A DNA stretch of 64,000 nt from Gammaproteobacteria bacterium (GCA_965221695.1 OZ244905.1:1-64000), one strand, 5' to 3'. Shown: positions 1 to 15,134, counted from the first letter of the stretch. Notes: generated by a model not told the origin, from the letters alone. A program made the numbers and translations.

Positions 1-1509
1 GGATTCTTCCTCGCTTTTGTCGTCAGCAAGGTTGCCCAGGTCCAGTTCGCCTTTGTTCACCGAGACCAAGGGTTTCTCCTGGTATTCGGTCAGGTGAGTC
101 ACCAGCCATTCATCGATCGGGTCGGTAAGCAATAGCGTTTCGATATCTTTTTTGCGGAATATCTCCAGGTGAGGGCTGTTCTTTGCAGTGGCATAATTTT
201 CCGCTGTCACGTAATAGATGGCCTTCTGGCCCTCCTTCATGCCGGCGATATAATCGTCCAGTGAAACGGTTTCTTGCTCCGTATCCTCCCTGGTGGACTT
301 GAAGCGGAACAGTTTTGCAAGATCCGCATGTTTGTCCGGCGCGTCGAGAATGCCCTCCTTCATGACCCGACCGAACGTTTGCCAGAACTCTTTGTACTTG
401 TCCGGTTCCTTCTTTGCCAGTTTTTTCAACAGGTCCAGTATCCTCTTCGTGCAGGCCGACCGGATGGTTTCGATGGTCTTGTTCTGCTGTAGTATCTCTC
501 TGGAGATGTTCAGAGGAAGGTCATCGGAATCTACCACGCCTTTAACAAAACGCAGGTATGGGGGCAGCAACTGTTTTGCGTCATCCATGATAAACACCCG
601 TTTCACGTATAGTTTGACGCCATGGCGCTGTTCCCGGTCCCACAAATCGAACGGCGCGCGCTTGGGGATAAACAACAGGCTGGTGTATTCCAGCTTGCCT
701 TCCACCTTGGTATGGACATGACAGAGCGGGTCCTCAAAATCGTGCGACACGGTCTTGTAGAACTCGTTATATTCCTCGTCCTTGACGTCTTTTTTGTTGC
801 GTGTCCACAATGCCTTGGCGGCGTTGACCGTCTCGTCGCCTTTTTCGTCTTTGCCTTCCTTCGGCATGACGATGGGCAGGGAGATATGATCCGAATATTT
901 GCTGATGATGTTGCGCAAGCGGTAGCCGTCCAGGAATTCCTTGGCTTCCTTGCGCAGGTACAGGATTACCTTGGTCCCCCGCCGTGGCCGGTCCACGGTT
1001 TCTACCGTGTATTCGCTCTTGCCATCGGAAACCCAGTGCACGCCCTGATCCCGCGGCAGGCCGGCGCGGCGGCTGAACACCTCCACCTTTTCAGCTACGA
1101 TAAAGGAAGAGTAAAACCCTACGCCGAACTGGCCTATCAGTTGTGAATCCTTGGTCTGGTCGCCGGTCAGGGACTCGAAAAACTGCTTGGAACCCGACTT
1201 GGCAATGGTGCCCAAGTGATCTACCACCTCTTGCCTGGACATCCCGATGCCGTTATCGATCACACTGACGGTTTTTTGTGTCTTGTTATACTCCACCCTG
1301 ATCTGCAGTTCCGGGTCATCCTCGAACAGGCTGTCGTCCTGCAAGCCCTCAAACCTCAGCCTGTCGGCGGCATCAGAGGCATTTGAAATAAGTTCGCGCA
1401 GGAAGATTTCCCGGTTGCTGTATAAAGAGTGGATCATCAGATCCAGTAACTGCCGGACCTCGGTCTGAAAACCTAACGCCTCTTTATTTTTCGTGTCTGC
1501 TGTCATCAT
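1..1509 (-). CDS. htpG: Hsp90 chaperone HtpG (5' part; runs off the window start)
   Basis: The minus strand from CAT at 1507-1509 reads [47 protein letters not shown], the Hsp90 N-terminal signature. GQFGVGFYS follows further in. It is absent from the ORF track because it is incomplete. Confidence 0.95.
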   Translation of the reverse strand, partial: MMTADTKNKEALGFQTEVRQLLDLMIHSLYSNREIFLRELISNASDAADRLRFEGLQDDSLFEDDPELQIRVEYNKTQKTVSVIDNGIGMSRQEVVDHLGTIAKSGSKQFFESLTGDQTKDSQLIGQFGVGFYSSFIVAEKVEVFSRRAGLPRDQGVHWVSDGKSEYTVETVDRPRRGTKVILYLRKEAKEFLDGYRLRNIISKYSDHISLPIVMPKEGKDEKGDETVNAAKALWTRNKKDVKDEEYNEFYKTVSHDFEDPLCHVHTKVEGKLEYTSLLFIPKRAPFDLWDREQRHGVKLYVKRVFIMDDAKQLLPPYLRFVKGVVDSDDLPLNISREILQQNKTIETIRSACTKRILDLLKKLAKKEPDKYKEFWQTFGRVMKEGILDAPDKHADLAKLFRFKSTREDTEQETVSLDDYIAGMKEGQKAIYYVTAENYATAKNSPHLEIFRKKDIETLLLTDPIDEWLVTHLTEYQEKPLVSVNKGELDLGNLADDKSEEES

Positions 1510-1542
1510 ATCCCCGTCAGTAACCAAATGTACAAGGGCCTA

Positions 1543-1571
1543 ATCTGGGGTTTGCAATGTGGATTTTCAAG
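1543..1571 (-). promoter_or_regulatory. sigma32 (RpoH) heat-shock promoter of htpG
   Basis: The minus strand reads CTTGAAA-N14-CCCCAGAT, matching the RpoH consensus CTTGAAA-N13/14-CCCCATNT, about 35 bp upstream of htpG. Confidence 0.8.
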
Positions 1572-1657
1572 GGGCTCGGCCTCCAGTCAAAAAATAATTC
1601 CTTATAATAGGGTATAACAAACAACAGGACACCCAAGCTGCCAGTAAAATAAACCAC

Positions 1658-4210
1658 ATGCCTTCAAACCACTCCGCGCATACCCCGGTGATGCAACAAT
1701 ATCTTGGCTTCAAGGCCGAATATCCCGATATTCTGCTGTTCTTTCGCATGGGTGATTTCTACGAGTTGTTTTTCGAGGACGCACGCAAGGCAGCGCGTCT
1801 GCTTGACATTGCCCTCACTTCCCGTGGCAAGTCAGATAACCAGGCCATCCCTATGGCGGGCGTGCCCTACCATTCTGTTGATGCCTACCTGGCAAAGCTG
1901 ATCCGGCAGGGCGAATCGGTCGCCATCTGCGAGCAGATAGGCGATCCGGCCCTGGCCAAGGGACCAGTGGAAAGAAAAGTAACGCGGGTGGTCACGCCCG
2001 GTACCGTAACCGACGAGTTACTGCTGGAAGAGAAGACTGACAACTTATTGGCATGCGTCCACATTATCGGCAATGAACATGGGATCGCCGTTTTGAACCT
2101 GGCAGATGGTCGCTTTACCCTCAGTCAGGTTCAGGACAGGCATTCGCTCCTGGACGAATTGGCGCGCCTGCAGCCCGCCGAGTTGTTAGTCTGTGAAGAT
2201 AGCGGGTTGGAGCATGCCCCGGGCGTTTCCGGCAAAAATGTAGCGCCCCGCGCAGCGTGGCATTTTGATTTGACCAGAGCTGAGGACGCCATCAAGCGGC
2301 AGTATCAGGTGAGAGAGCTTGAAGGACTGGGCCTCGGCGGGTTGGCGACCGCCACTGCCGCGGCGGGCGCGCTCCTGCAATACGTCAATGAAACCCAAAG
2401 CTCGGCCTTGCCGCACCTGCAACCGATCAAAGTCGAGAGTCGTTCAGACAGCCTCATGCTTGATGCCGTCACCCGCCGCAACCTCGAGCTTGAACAGGAT
2501 CTCAGGGGGAGCAAGGCGAACAGCTTGTTTGCCGTGTTGGATGCCACCGCAACAAGTATGGGCAGCCGGCTCCTGAAACGCTGGATGAACCGGCCGCTGC
2601 TCGATCATCAGGCGCTGCGCCTGCGCCATGATGCGGTCAAACGCCTGAGCGTCGGCAAAGCCTACCACGAGCTGCACGCATCCTTGAAGCATATCAATGA
2701 TCTTGAACGGATCTTGGCGCGGGTTGCCCTGAAGTCGGCGCGTCCCCGGGACCTGACACAATTGCTTCAATCGCTGCTACAACTGCCTGAGTTGAAAACC
2801 GCGTTGGCAAGCGTGAACAGTCCGCGCCTGATAGAGTTGAACGATTTAATCGGTAAATTTCCCAAGTTGAAAACCTACCTGGCAAGCGCGCTGCAGGACT
2901 CTCCGGCGGCAACGATCCGGGACGGAGGGGTGATCGCGGACGGCTTCGACAAGGAACTTGACCAGTTGCGGCAACTGGACAGGAATGCAGGCTCATTTCT
3001 GGACGAATTGGAACAACGCGAGCGGGAACAAACCGGCATCCCTACTCTAAAGGTGGGGTTTAACCGGGTGCACGGGTATTACATTGAAGTATCCCGATTG
3101 CACAGCGACGATGTGCCGGCGCGTTACCAGCGCCGGCAGACTCTGAAATCTACAGAACGTTTCATCAGCGCCGAATTAAAAGACTTTGAAGATAAGGCGC
3201 TGAGCGCCAGGGAGCGCGCGCTGGCTCGGGAAAAAGCGTTGTATGAGCTTATTTTGGAACGTATCTGCGAGGACCTGACGCCTCTGCAAACGGCCGCATC
3301 AGCATTGTGCGAGGTCGATGTGCTGGCCTGTTTTGCCGAGCGGGCAGACGCGCTGGGCTACTGCCGGCCCGAGCTCATCGAGACCCCGGGGTTGGAGATC
3401 CGGGCAGGGCGTCACGCTGTGATCGAACGTTTACAGGACAGCCCGTTTATCGCAAACGATATCCGTCTGGATGAGTCCGTCAGGATGCTTCTGATTACCG
3501 GACCGAACATGGGAGGCAAATCAACTTATATGCGCCAGATCGCGCTCATTACGCTGATGGCGCATATCGGGAGTTTCGTCCCGGCAGAGCGGGCCGTGCT
3601 CGGTCCGATTGACCGTATCTTTACCCGTATCGGCGCGGTTGATGACATCTCTTCCGGAAAGTCCACCTTCATGGCGGAAATGGTGGAAACCGCGACTATC
3701 CTGAACAACGCCACGGACAGGAGCCTGGTGTTGATCGACGAGATCGGCCGCGGTACCAGCACCTATGACGGCCTGGCACTCGCTTGGGCCTGCGCCGCTT
3801 ACCTGGCAAACAAGATACGGGCTTTTACCTTATTCGCGACCCATTATTTCGAGCTCACCGCGTTGCCGGAAATTATGAATACTGTGCAGAACGCGCACCT
3901 GGACGCAATCAAACACAAGAACGAGATCATCTTCCTGTACACTGTGAAACCTGGCGCCACTAACAGAAGTTATGGGATCCAGGTGGCGCAACTGGCGGGT
4001 ATTCCCCGTGAGGTCATCGACCAGGCGAATCTGCAGCTTGATATCATGGAAAAAAGCTCCGTTGACCTGCTCCCTGAGTTGCCGCAGCAAGACTTGTTTC
4101 AGCAGTCCGATCCATTACGGGAGTTAGTGAATGATATGGACCCGGACAGCGTCACGCCGAAACAGGCCTTGGATCTGCTGTATCGGTTGATCGAACTGGC
4201 GCGGAATTAA
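1658..4210 (+). CDS. mutS: DNA mismatch repair protein MutS
   Basis: [23 protein letters not shown], Walker [28 protein letters not shown]. Confidence 0.97.
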   Translation: MPSNHSAHTPVMQQYLGFKAEYPDILLFFRMGDFYELFFEDARKAARLLDIALTSRGKSDNQAIPMAGVPYHSVDAYLAKLIRQGESVAICEQIGDPALAKGPVERKVTRVVTPGTVTDELLLEEKTDNLLACVHIIGNEHGIAVLNLADGRFTLSQVQDRHSLLDELARLQPAELLVCEDSGLEHAPGVSGKNVAPRAAWHFDLTRAEDAIKRQYQVRELEGLGLGGLATATAAAGALLQYVNETQSSALPHLQPIKVESRSDSLMLDAVTRRNLELEQDLRGSKANSLFAVLDATATSMGSRLLKRWMNRPLLDHQALRLRHDAVKRLSVGKAYHELHASLKHINDLERILARVALKSARPRDLTQLLQSLLQLPELKTALASVNSPRLIELNDLIGKFPKLKTYLASALQDSPAATIRDGGVIADGFDKELDQLRQLDRNAGSFLDELEQREREQTGIPTLKVGFNRVHGYYIEVSRLHSDDVPARYQRRQTLKSTERFISAELKDFEDKALSARERALAREKALYELILERICEDLTPLQTAASALCEVDVLACFAERADALGYCRPELIETPGLEIRAGRHAVIERLQDSPFIANDIRLDESVRMLLITGPNMGGKSTYMRQIALITLMAHIGSFVPAERAVLGPIDRIFTRIGAVDDISSGKSTFMAEMVETATILNNATDRSLVLIDEIGRGTSTYDGLALAWACAAYLANKIRAFTLFATHYFELTALPEIMNTVQNAHLDAIKHKNEIIFLYTVKPGATNRSYGIQVAQLAGIPREVIDQANLQLDIMEKSSVDLLPELPQQDLFQQSDPLRELVNDMDPDSVTPKQALDLLYRLIELARN

Positions 4211-4362
4211 GTTGCGAGGGATGAGAGTAGACGTGATAGCGGGGCGGCACGCCCGCGCTCCGAGGGGGATCAAGCCTGTTGTCTTTCAGGTTTTCAAAGC
4301 GTTTAATTCAGGTATAATTACGTTTTACTGTTTTGTAACTCGAGCAATGGTGGGAAGCTTTT

Positions 4363-4686
4363 ATGCCTTTTATCGTCACAGAAAGTTGTATCAAGTGCAA
4401 GTATACTGATTGTGTTGAAGTTTGTCCGGTTGATTGCTTCCATGAAGGACCAAATATGCTGGTTATCGACCCTGATGAATGCATTGATTGCACCTTGTGT
4501 GAGCCGGAGTGTCCGGTGGAAGCCATAATGTCAGACGAAGATGTCGATGAGAGCATGCAGCATTTCATAGAGCTGAATGCGGAACTGTCCAGAGACTGGC
4601 CGGTTATCAACTCAATGAAAGACGCGCCTGCCGACGCGGATGACTGGAAAGAGGTAAAAGACAAGCTCAAATACTTGGAAAGATAG
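4363..4686 (+). CDS. fdxA: 7Fe ferredoxin (FdxA family)
   Basis: [17 protein letters not shown] and [12 protein letters not shown] motifs, 107 aa, directly downstream of mutS. Confidence 0.93.
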   Translation: MPFIVTESCIKCKYTDCVEVCPVDCFHEGPNMLVIDPDECIDCTLCEPECPVEAIMSDEDVDESMQHFIELNAELSRDWPVINSMKDAPADADDWKEVKDKLKYLER

Positions 4687-4799
4687 CGCTTTTCAGCCCG
4701 GCGCCCGGCCTCGAAAAGCGTAGTATTCCCCGACTGCGGGATTATAAAGCAAGCTCTGAATAAATCTGCGCTTTTTTAATTCTACCAACTCTATCCAGC

Positions 4800-6011
4800 A
4801 TGGAGACACAGGAAAAAACGTCACCCGTAGCTAATGCTCTGCGCGAGTTTCTGCAACTGGAGACCGCGAGTGGCGTCGTGCTGATCGCGTGCGTGTTTAT
4901 TGCCATGGTGATAGCCAACTCCGGGTTGTCAGACGCCTATGCTACCTTGCTCGATATGACCGTTGCGATCCAGGTTGGCACGCTGATCATAAACAAACCG
5001 CTTCTGCTCTGGGTCAATGACGGTCTCATGGCAGTGTTTTTCTTCCTGATTGGACTGGAAATCAAACGCGAAATCGTGGACGGTGAGTTGTCATCTTTTG
5101 ATCAGGTCATCCTGCCGGGAATGGGGGCGCTGGGTGGCATGATTGTGCCAGCCTCGATCTATGTTTGGTTCAACCTGGGTGATGCTATCGCGTTGGACGG
5201 CTGGGCGATCCCGGTTGCTACAGATATCGCTTTTGCGCTTGCTTTGCTGGGCTCGTTCGGCGCGCGCGCCCCCACTTCGCTGAAGGTGTTCCTGCTTACC
5301 CTGGCGATCCTGGATGATATCGGCGCTATCGCCATCATCGCGCTGTTCTATTCCGCGGATCTCTCTCCCACCATGCTGCTCATCGGGGCCATATTTCTTA
5401 TTATTGCAGTCCTTATGAATCGCATGGGCGTTACGCGCACTTCATATTATATATTGCTTGGTGTGGCGTTATGGGTGGCCGTATTGAAATCAGGAGTGCA
5501 TGCGACCCTGGCGGGTGTTCTGATCGCTTTTTGCATACCGATACGGGACCAGCATGGGGCCTGTCCTTTGCGCGAGTTGGAACACAACCTGCATGGTCCT
5601 GTCGCCTTTGTCATCCTGCCGGCTTTTGCCTTTGCGAATGCCGGGCTGCCACTCACCGACCTGTCGCTGGAAGCGCTAACGCATCCCGTTACACTCGGAG
5701 TGATAGCGGGCTTGGTACTGGGCAAACCGATTGGAATCCTGCTCTTCACAGGCCTCGCCGTTGTCCTGGGCCTAGCCCGCTTACCGAAAAACGTCACCTG
5801 GACTCAAGTTCTCGGCGTGGCCTGTGCCTGCGGCATCGGCTTCACCATGAGCCTGTTCATCGCCGGTCTCGCCTTTGAACACGGCGGCGGCGAGTATTAC
5901 AGCGGCGACCGCCTGGGTATCCTGGTGGGATCATTGCTGTCTGCGCTGGCGGCTTATGGTCTGCTTCGCTTCAGCTTGCCGAAGACTGCGGATACATCAC
6001 AAGAGGCGTAA
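4800..6011 (+). CDS. nhaA: Na+/H+ antiporter NhaA
   Basis: WVNDGLMAVFFFLIGLEIKRE, GWAIPVATDIAFAL, LAILDD, GIGFTMSLFI. Confidence 0.95.
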   Translation: METQEKTSPVANALREFLQLETASGVVLIACVFIAMVIANSGLSDAYATLLDMTVAIQVGTLIINKPLLLWVNDGLMAVFFFLIGLEIKREIVDGELSSFDQVILPGMGALGGMIVPASIYVWFNLGDAIALDGWAIPVATDIAFALALLGSFGARAPTSLKVFLLTLAILDDIGAIAIIALFYSADLSPTMLLIGAIFLIIAVLMNRMGVTRTSYYILLGVALWVAVLKSGVHATLAGVLIAFCIPIRDQHGACPLRELEHNLHGPVAFVILPAFAFANAGLPLTDLSLEALTHPVTLGVIAGLVLGKPIGILLFTGLAVVLGLARLPKNVTWTQVLGVACACGIGFTMSLFIAGLAFEHGGGEYYSGDRLGILVGSLLSALAAYGLLRFSLPKTADTSQEA

Positions 6012-6085
6012 ATCAACGGGCTTGAACCAGCGCCTACACCATTCCCGCGCTAACTGACATCCAGTGGGAAGGAAGCGCGTGCTCA

Positions 6086-6121
6086 ATTACACTATTGAGT
6101 AATTTTACTCAATAGTGTAAT
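6086..6121. promoter_or_regulatory. Perfect 17 bp inverted repeat, putative operator
   Basis: ATTACACTATTGAGTAA-TT-TTACTCAATAGTGTAAT, ending 8 bp before the ATG at 6130. Confidence 0.6.
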
Positions 6122-6129
6122 ATATATTT

Positions 6130-8649
6130 ATGCGCGAGCGACCACAGGCTCAAATCTTGCTCAACCGTCTCAATGAGCCGGTCAAGCGCATTATTGTCGT
6201 CACGGGGCCAAGACAGGTGGGTAAAACCACTCTTGTCCGAAAAACCCTGGAACGCCACTATTCACCCTCTCAATACGAGTATCTTGATTTGGATAAACCG
6301 GTATTGCCAACATCCGGTTTGTTCTCAGCGCCAGGCGCGCAGGACATTACCAGGAACGTTACCAGTCCGGATACTGCCTGGTTGGCTGAGCGTTGGGAAG
6401 CGGCGCGCAAAAAAACGGATGAACTCGCGCTACGGCAGGGTTATCAAAACCAAAAAACAGTTGAAGACAAACCGGTATTTGTGCTGGTTCTGGACGAGAT
6501 ACAAAAAATCTCGAATTGGTCCGAGACTGTAAAAGGTCTGTGGGATGCTGACCGGGTGGATGGCCGCCCCATGCACGTGGTTATCCTGGGGTCTGCGCCA
6601 TTATTGATGCAGCGCGGTCTTACCGAAAGCCTTGCCGGGCGGTTTGAACTGCTGCGCATGACACATTGGTCGTTTGCGGAGATGAACCAGGCCTTTGGTC
6701 TCAGTTTGCAACAGTATATTTATTTTGGTGGCTATCCCGGCAGCATGGAGTATGTGCACGATGAGCAGCGCTGGAGAGAATATGTCCGTGACGCATTGAT
6801 AGACCCGAATATCGAAAAAGATATTCTGATGATCACCCGGGTGGACAAACCGGCGCTGTTGAAAAACCTGTTTGAACTGGGCTGTCACTACTCCGGGCAG
6901 GAGCTGTCTTACAACAAGATGTTGGGACAACTGCAGACCGCGGGCAACACCACCACTTTGGCTCACTACCTTGACTTGCTGACCCGCGCCGGCCTGCTCG
7001 CCGGTCTGCAAAAATATGCGAAACAACAGCATCGACGGCGCGCATCAAGTCCCAAACTGAATGTGCTTAACACCGCATTGATGTCGTCGCTGTCGGGTTA
7101 TTCATTCCAGGAAGCCTGTTCTGACCGCAGCCATTGGGGCCGGTTACAGGAAAGCGCAATCGGCGCGCACCTTTTCAATGCAAGCGGGTCGGATTATAAA
7201 TTGCATTATTGGCGAGACGGACATGATGAAGTCGATTTCATCCTGGAGAAACACGATAAAACGATTGCTATCGAGGTTAAGAGCGGAGCTAAACGAAGCA
7301 ACCGGCGCGGCCTGGGCAGGTTTGCCAAGCAGTTTCGACCACTACACACACTGGAAGTTGGCGAACATGGCATTCCCCCGGACGAGTTTTTACTGACTGA
7401 TCCGAATGAATGGTTTGCAACGAGTTACGGCAAGCCGTTATCGAAATATTATTTCAACGAAAGCTCTCGCAGTGTTGGTTCGGAACTGGATAATGCGGGC
7501 CTTGTGCGCGGCCGAATTGAAGAGACGGCAAGCCAGCCGTATTTGAAAGGTCTCCAGGGTCATTTCAAGACATCTGTTATCTTGCCGGAAGACAGTTATG
7601 CGCAGAAGTTGGCAAGGCGAAATGAGCGCTTCAGGCAGGAAAAGCAAGCAGACATTCAATTCATCAGAAACCGTATCAAGGATATCAAGTCAGGCAGAGC
7701 GGAAACGGGAATATACCACCGAATAGGATTTGCTTATTTCGGGCATTTGAGTAGCGCAAAAGGGGATACGCCTTTGGAGAGGCTGAATGATTTGTTTGAT
7801 GGCGATGCCGACATAGTCCAGGCCGTCTTGACCGGCTTACGGCATTTTGTTGTGCGGGAAGATATCCCGGACATCACGGCAATCTTCCGGATGAGCCTGG
7901 ACAATAAACATTTTTTTCATTCTCATCCTTACCGGGCGGCGCTGGATGAGTTATATCAGGAAGACAGAAAAAAATTACTTGAATTGGACGAAGACAAACT
8001 GGAAAAAGCGCTGGCATTTTATTTCGCTGACGCTTCAGGACAAGAGACAGATTGGTTTAACCTATTGTTGGGCGAGCGCTTGGATATTGTCGCGAAAATA
8101 TATATCCGTTACGCGCAAACCAGGTTACGTGGCGGCAAACATCAGGTTAATTTGCTTTATCCTCTTGTCTACCAACAAGAAGACGAAAAACTGCAGCAGC
8201 AATACCGCAAACTGGCCCATCTTGTTGCTATCCCTCTGCTCAAGACCCTGCCGGTGCGTGGCACATCCAAACAGTTGGAAGCGCTCGATTACCTGTTGAA
8301 GGCGGCCATACAATTTGCTGACCGTGACTTATTGCGGGAATTGACCGATGAAAAACTGAGCCGCAAAAGTATGGATGCCACACAGACTGTCTATTGGCTG
8401 GCGACAGGGCTGATTCTTTCACCGGATGATTACGACAACAGGCTGTACAACCATGTTCTACAGAATGAAAGCCGTATCAATAAATTGAAACGTTTTTTAA
8501 CTTCCGACCGGGTCCCGGAACGGCTGTACTTTGAAGATGACCTGCCGGTAACAGCGCTTTCAATGAAGCTACTTATCTCCTTCCCGGCTCAGAGTTTGGA
8601 TTGCCTGGCGCGATGGCGTGATCGAACAGGCAAAGCATTGCATTTATAA
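6130..8649 (+). CDS. AAA_14/DUF4143-type ATPase with a PD-(D/E)xK-like motif, fused to a ~400 aa C-terminal helical region
   Basis: Walker A GPRQVGKTT, Walker B VLDEIQ, ILGS, ESLAGR, YFGGYP, and EVDFILE...IAIEVKSG ending near aa 430. The remaining ~400 aa are an extra domain. Confidence 0.8.
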   Translation: MRERPQAQILLNRLNEPVKRIIVVTGPRQVGKTTLVRKTLERHYSPSQYEYLDLDKPVLPTSGLFSAPGAQDITRNVTSPDTAWLAERWEAARKKTDELALRQGYQNQKTVEDKPVFVLVLDEIQKISNWSETVKGLWDADRVDGRPMHVVILGSAPLLMQRGLTESLAGRFELLRMTHWSFAEMNQAFGLSLQQYIYFGGYPGSMEYVHDEQRWREYVRDALIDPNIEKDILMITRVDKPALLKNLFELGCHYSGQELSYNKMLGQLQTAGNTTTLAHYLDLLTRAGLLAGLQKYAKQQHRRRASSPKLNVLNTALMSSLSGYSFQEACSDRSHWGRLQESAIGAHLFNASGSDYKLHYWRDGHDEVDFILEKHDKTIAIEVKSGAKRSNRRGLGRFAKQFRPLHTLEVGEHGIPPDEFLLTDPNEWFATSYGKPLSKYYFNESSRSVGSELDNAGLVRGRIEETASQPYLKGLQGHFKTSVILPEDSYAQKLARRNERFRQEKQADIQFIRNRIKDIKSGRAETGIYHRIGFAYFGHLSSAKGDTPLERLNDLFDGDADIVQAVLTGLRHFVVREDIPDITAIFRMSLDNKHFFHSHPYRAALDELYQEDRKKLLELDEDKLEKALAFYFADASGQETDWFNLLLGERLDIVAKIYIRYAQTRLRGGKHQVNLLYPLVYQQEDEKLQQQYRKLAHLVAIPLLKTLPVRGTSKQLEALDYLLKAAIQFADRDLLRELTDEKLSRKSMDATQTVYWLATGLILSPDDYDNRLYNHVLQNESRINKLKRFLTSDRVPERLYFEDDLPVTALSMKLLISFPAQSLDCLARWRDRTGKALHL

Positions 8650-8736
8650 CGCACAATCAAACCAGATGCCAGCTTCAGCTTTCTCAGTCCGGAGCAGGCG
8701 CGTAACGCTTTATTTTGAAAGGAATTTATTTCCTAA

Positions 8737-8887
8737 GGAACCTCTGATTAAGTCAGAGGTTCCTGCGATACAGGGATGTATCGACAAAATCAGTGACGAA
8801 AAGTCATTGATTTTGAGAGCAAAACAAAAATCGCATTTTTGTTTTGCGTGCTCTGACAAGTCCAGGATGGACTTGTTCAGAGCTTTC
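8737..8887. mobile_element. 151 bp IS5-type MITE, copy 1
   Basis: Ends GGAACCTCTGA...TTCAGAGCTTTC, CTAA on both flanks, closely similar to the copies at 40385, 47098 and 48357. Confidence 0.85.
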
Positions 8888-10301
8888 CTAATTCTGAAAA
8901 AGCAGCCAGCGCTTCCTGGCGGGATTGGCGGACATCGATAACAGGATAAGGATAATCCTGTCCCAAGGTAACCTTGGCTGCAGCCAGGACCTCGCTGGGC
9001 GCGTCCCAGGGTGCGGCCAGGTAAGCATCCGGCAGGTTGGCCAATTCCGGCACATAGCGGCGGATATATTGCCCGTCGGGATCGAATTTCCGCGCTTGGG
9101 TAACCGGGTTGAAGATGCGGAAATACGGCGCCGCGTCGGCGCCACACCCGGCTATCCATTGCCAACCGGCGCTGTTATTGGCCAGGTCTGCATCAAACAA
9201 GCAATCCCAAAACCAGCGCTCGCCGTGATGCCAATGCAACCGCAGGTTCTTGACCAGAAAAGAGCCGACGATCATACGTACCCGGTTATGCATATAACCT
9301 GTTTGATACAACTCCCGCATACCGGCATCGACGATGGGGATGCCAGTCGTCCCGCGCTGCCAGCAACGCAGGTCGTCAGCGCTTTCACGCCAGTTAAAAT
9401 CGGCAAATTTACTCTGCAACGGTTGGGTGCGGAGTTGCGGGTGATGGTAGAGCAGGGAGTAGGAGAATTCCCGCCAGGCCAGTTCTGACTGGAAGGTAGC
9501 CAGGTTGGGATCATCGTCAGGCCGGATATCCTGCGCCTGATGCCAGCATTGGCGTGGCGATATTTCCCCAAAATGCAGATGCGGTGAAAGACGCGAAACA
9601 GATGCCCTGGCAGGGAAATTGCGTCCTTGCTTATAGTCGCGTATGCCCGACTCCAGAAATTCCGACCAGCGCGCCTGCGCGCCCGCCTCCCCAATTTCCC
9701 AGCCGGCAACCAGTTGCCGATGCCAGTCAAGTTCGGGCAGCAAGCCCAAATCATCGATGCGCAAGCTGTTTACCGAACCCGGGTAACAATCAGTCCTGTC
9801 GGGTATTGGCAATGGCAACGCAGGCGGCGGGGCCATGCCCAGGCAGCCGCGCCGGTAAAACGGTGTAAACACCTTGTAGTGAGTCCCATCCGGCTTGAGA
9901 TTTTCCCAAGGCTCCCATAACAACGAACCGTTAAAACTCTCGACGGCATGACCGGCCGCAGTCAGCGCCGCTTTAATGCGCATCTCCCGGTCAATGCGCC
10001 AGGGTTCATAACAGCGATTCCAGTAGACGGCCGGCGCCGCCACCTGCTTGGCCAATGCTGTTAACAGCGGTTCTGCCGGTCCGGAAAAACAGCGCAGGCC
10101 ACCGCCGAGGCTATCATTCAATGCCCGCAGCGAATGATGCAACCAGACCCGACTGGCGCTTCCCATGCGCTCGTCGCCGGCATCCTCATCATCAAGAATA
10201 TAAACAGGCAACACCGTGCCTTTGCTGCAAGCGGAATGAAAAGCCGGGTTGTCAGCCAGGCGCAAATCCTGGCGAAACCAGCAGATTATCGGCGCATTCA
10301 T
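8877..10301 (-). CDS. phrB: Deoxyribodipyrimidine photolyase (class I/III CPD)
   Basis: WFRQDLRLADNPA, SRLSPHLHFGEIS, ELAWREF, GYMHNRVRMIVGSFL, DADLANN, WQW, YFRIFNP. Confidence 0.93.
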   Translation of the reverse strand: MNAPIICWFRQDLRLADNPAFHSACSKGTVLPVYILDDEDAGDERMGSASRVWLHHSLRALNDSLGGGLRCFSGPAEPLLTALAKQVAAPAVYWNRCYEPWRIDREMRIKAALTAAGHAVESFNGSLLWEPWENLKPDGTHYKVFTPFYRRGCLGMAPPPALPLPIPDRTDCYPGSVNSLRIDDLGLLPELDWHRQLVAGWEIGEAGAQARWSEFLESGIRDYKQGRNFPARASVSRLSPHLHFGEISPRQCWHQAQDIRPDDDPNLATFQSELAWREFSYSLLYHHPQLRTQPLQSKFADFNWRESADDLRCWQRGTTGIPIVDAGMRELYQTGYMHNRVRMIVGSFLVKNLRLHWHHGERWFWDCLFDADLANNSAGWQWIAGCGADAAPYFRIFNPVTQARKFDPDGQYIRRYVPELANLPDAYLAAPWDAPSEVLAAAKVTLGQDYPYPVIDVRQSRQEALAAFSELGKL

Positions 10302-10356
10302 AGTGGTTCCATATTCACTGGTTGGACATGCTTCATTAACGGGCAGAGCTTATACG

Positions 10357-10627
10357 ACTAGTACTCTTTCAACTTAATTTTGACATGTTCAGAGCCACAC
10401 AGCGACGCCAAGACAAGGCGCAGTCCGCCGGTAATGGCGCGCCCTTGCCAAGGGCTGCAACGCCGTATTGGCGTCGCTGTGTGGCTCCCTGCGGGCGGGC
10501 CGGGAAGCGGTCGCCCGCGTCGTTGCGCCGCTTGGGAAGGGCGCGCCATTCCCTGCGCGCCGCGCCTTGCGCTCAACCGCTTCCCGACCCGCTGAATATG
10601 TCAAAATTAAGTTGAAAGAGTACTAGT
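10357..10627. mobile_element. ~270 bp MITE with 36 bp terminal inverted repeats
   Basis: ACTAGTACTCTTTCAACTTAATTTTGACATGTTCAG at 10357-10392 pairs with 10592-10627 (one mismatch), with CTAG at both ends. The interior is GC-rich with nested inverted repeats. Confidence 0.8.
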
Positions 10628-10770
10628 TCCCGGACGATCACTCATAAACCGATACGCAAAAGGGACAAAGCGGTAGAGAGGACTATAAAAGAAACCGGGG
10701 CACAAGTCACATAATTGAACCCGTCTCTCGGACTGGCGCGTCTTCGGAAAGCCAAGGGGACGCAAAGTAA

Positions 10771-11004
10771 TTGGAATATTCAGACATTATACTGGCCTAC
10801 CTGACCAATCGCTACTTCGGGGTGGCCAATTTCGGCAGGATTTACGGTATCCTGTTTGCCTCTTTTCTTGTCGGCACGTTCCTGGGACCTTACGCGTTCG
10901 GCCTGGCATTTGAGAGTTATAGGTCATACCGGGAGGTATTGATGTATGCTGTGTTGGTTATCCTCGTTTCGTCTGCGGTAATCTCGGTTATGATAAGACT
11001 GTAA
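10771..11004 (+). pseudogene. C-terminal fragment of an MFS transporter
   Basis: AYLTNRYFGVANFGRIYG...GPYAFGLAFESYRSY resembles the last helices of OFA-type MFS proteins. No upstream part is present. Confidence 0.6.
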
Positions 11005-11010
11005 AATAAC

Positions 11011-14943
<3,933 letters not shown>

Positions 14944-14969
14944 GTCCTGCCGCTATCATTTCAGTGAAC

Positions 14970-14994
14970 ATCTGATTGGTTCAGAGTCTCCTTA
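14970..14994. repeat. Isolated end of the 151 bp MITE family
   Basis: TTCAGAGTCTCC-TTAG resembles the MITE terminus plus its YTAR target. Confidence 0.4.
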
Positions 14995-15134
14995 GATTCG
15001 CCCAAGTCCTCATTCATACGGGCAGGCAGGTCTATCTCGATATTGGAGATACCATACTGCTATAGAGATGATTTCCGTCAAATTAAGTCAACACTTCCAT
15101 TTTTTTTGTCCCGCTAACCAGGTATAATCACCTC

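Noticed and set aside
274-1468. Several plus-strand ORFs (72-174 aa)
   Set aside because: They are antisense shadows of htpG, which occupies the minus strand.
4749-4778. AAGCTCTGAATAAATC resembling a MITE/IS5 end
   Set aside because: It is too short and has no partner terminus or target duplication.
10358-10615. Four overlapping ~72 aa ORFs
   Set aside because: All lie within the palindromic MITE and have Arg/Ala/Pro-biased, non-protein-like composition.
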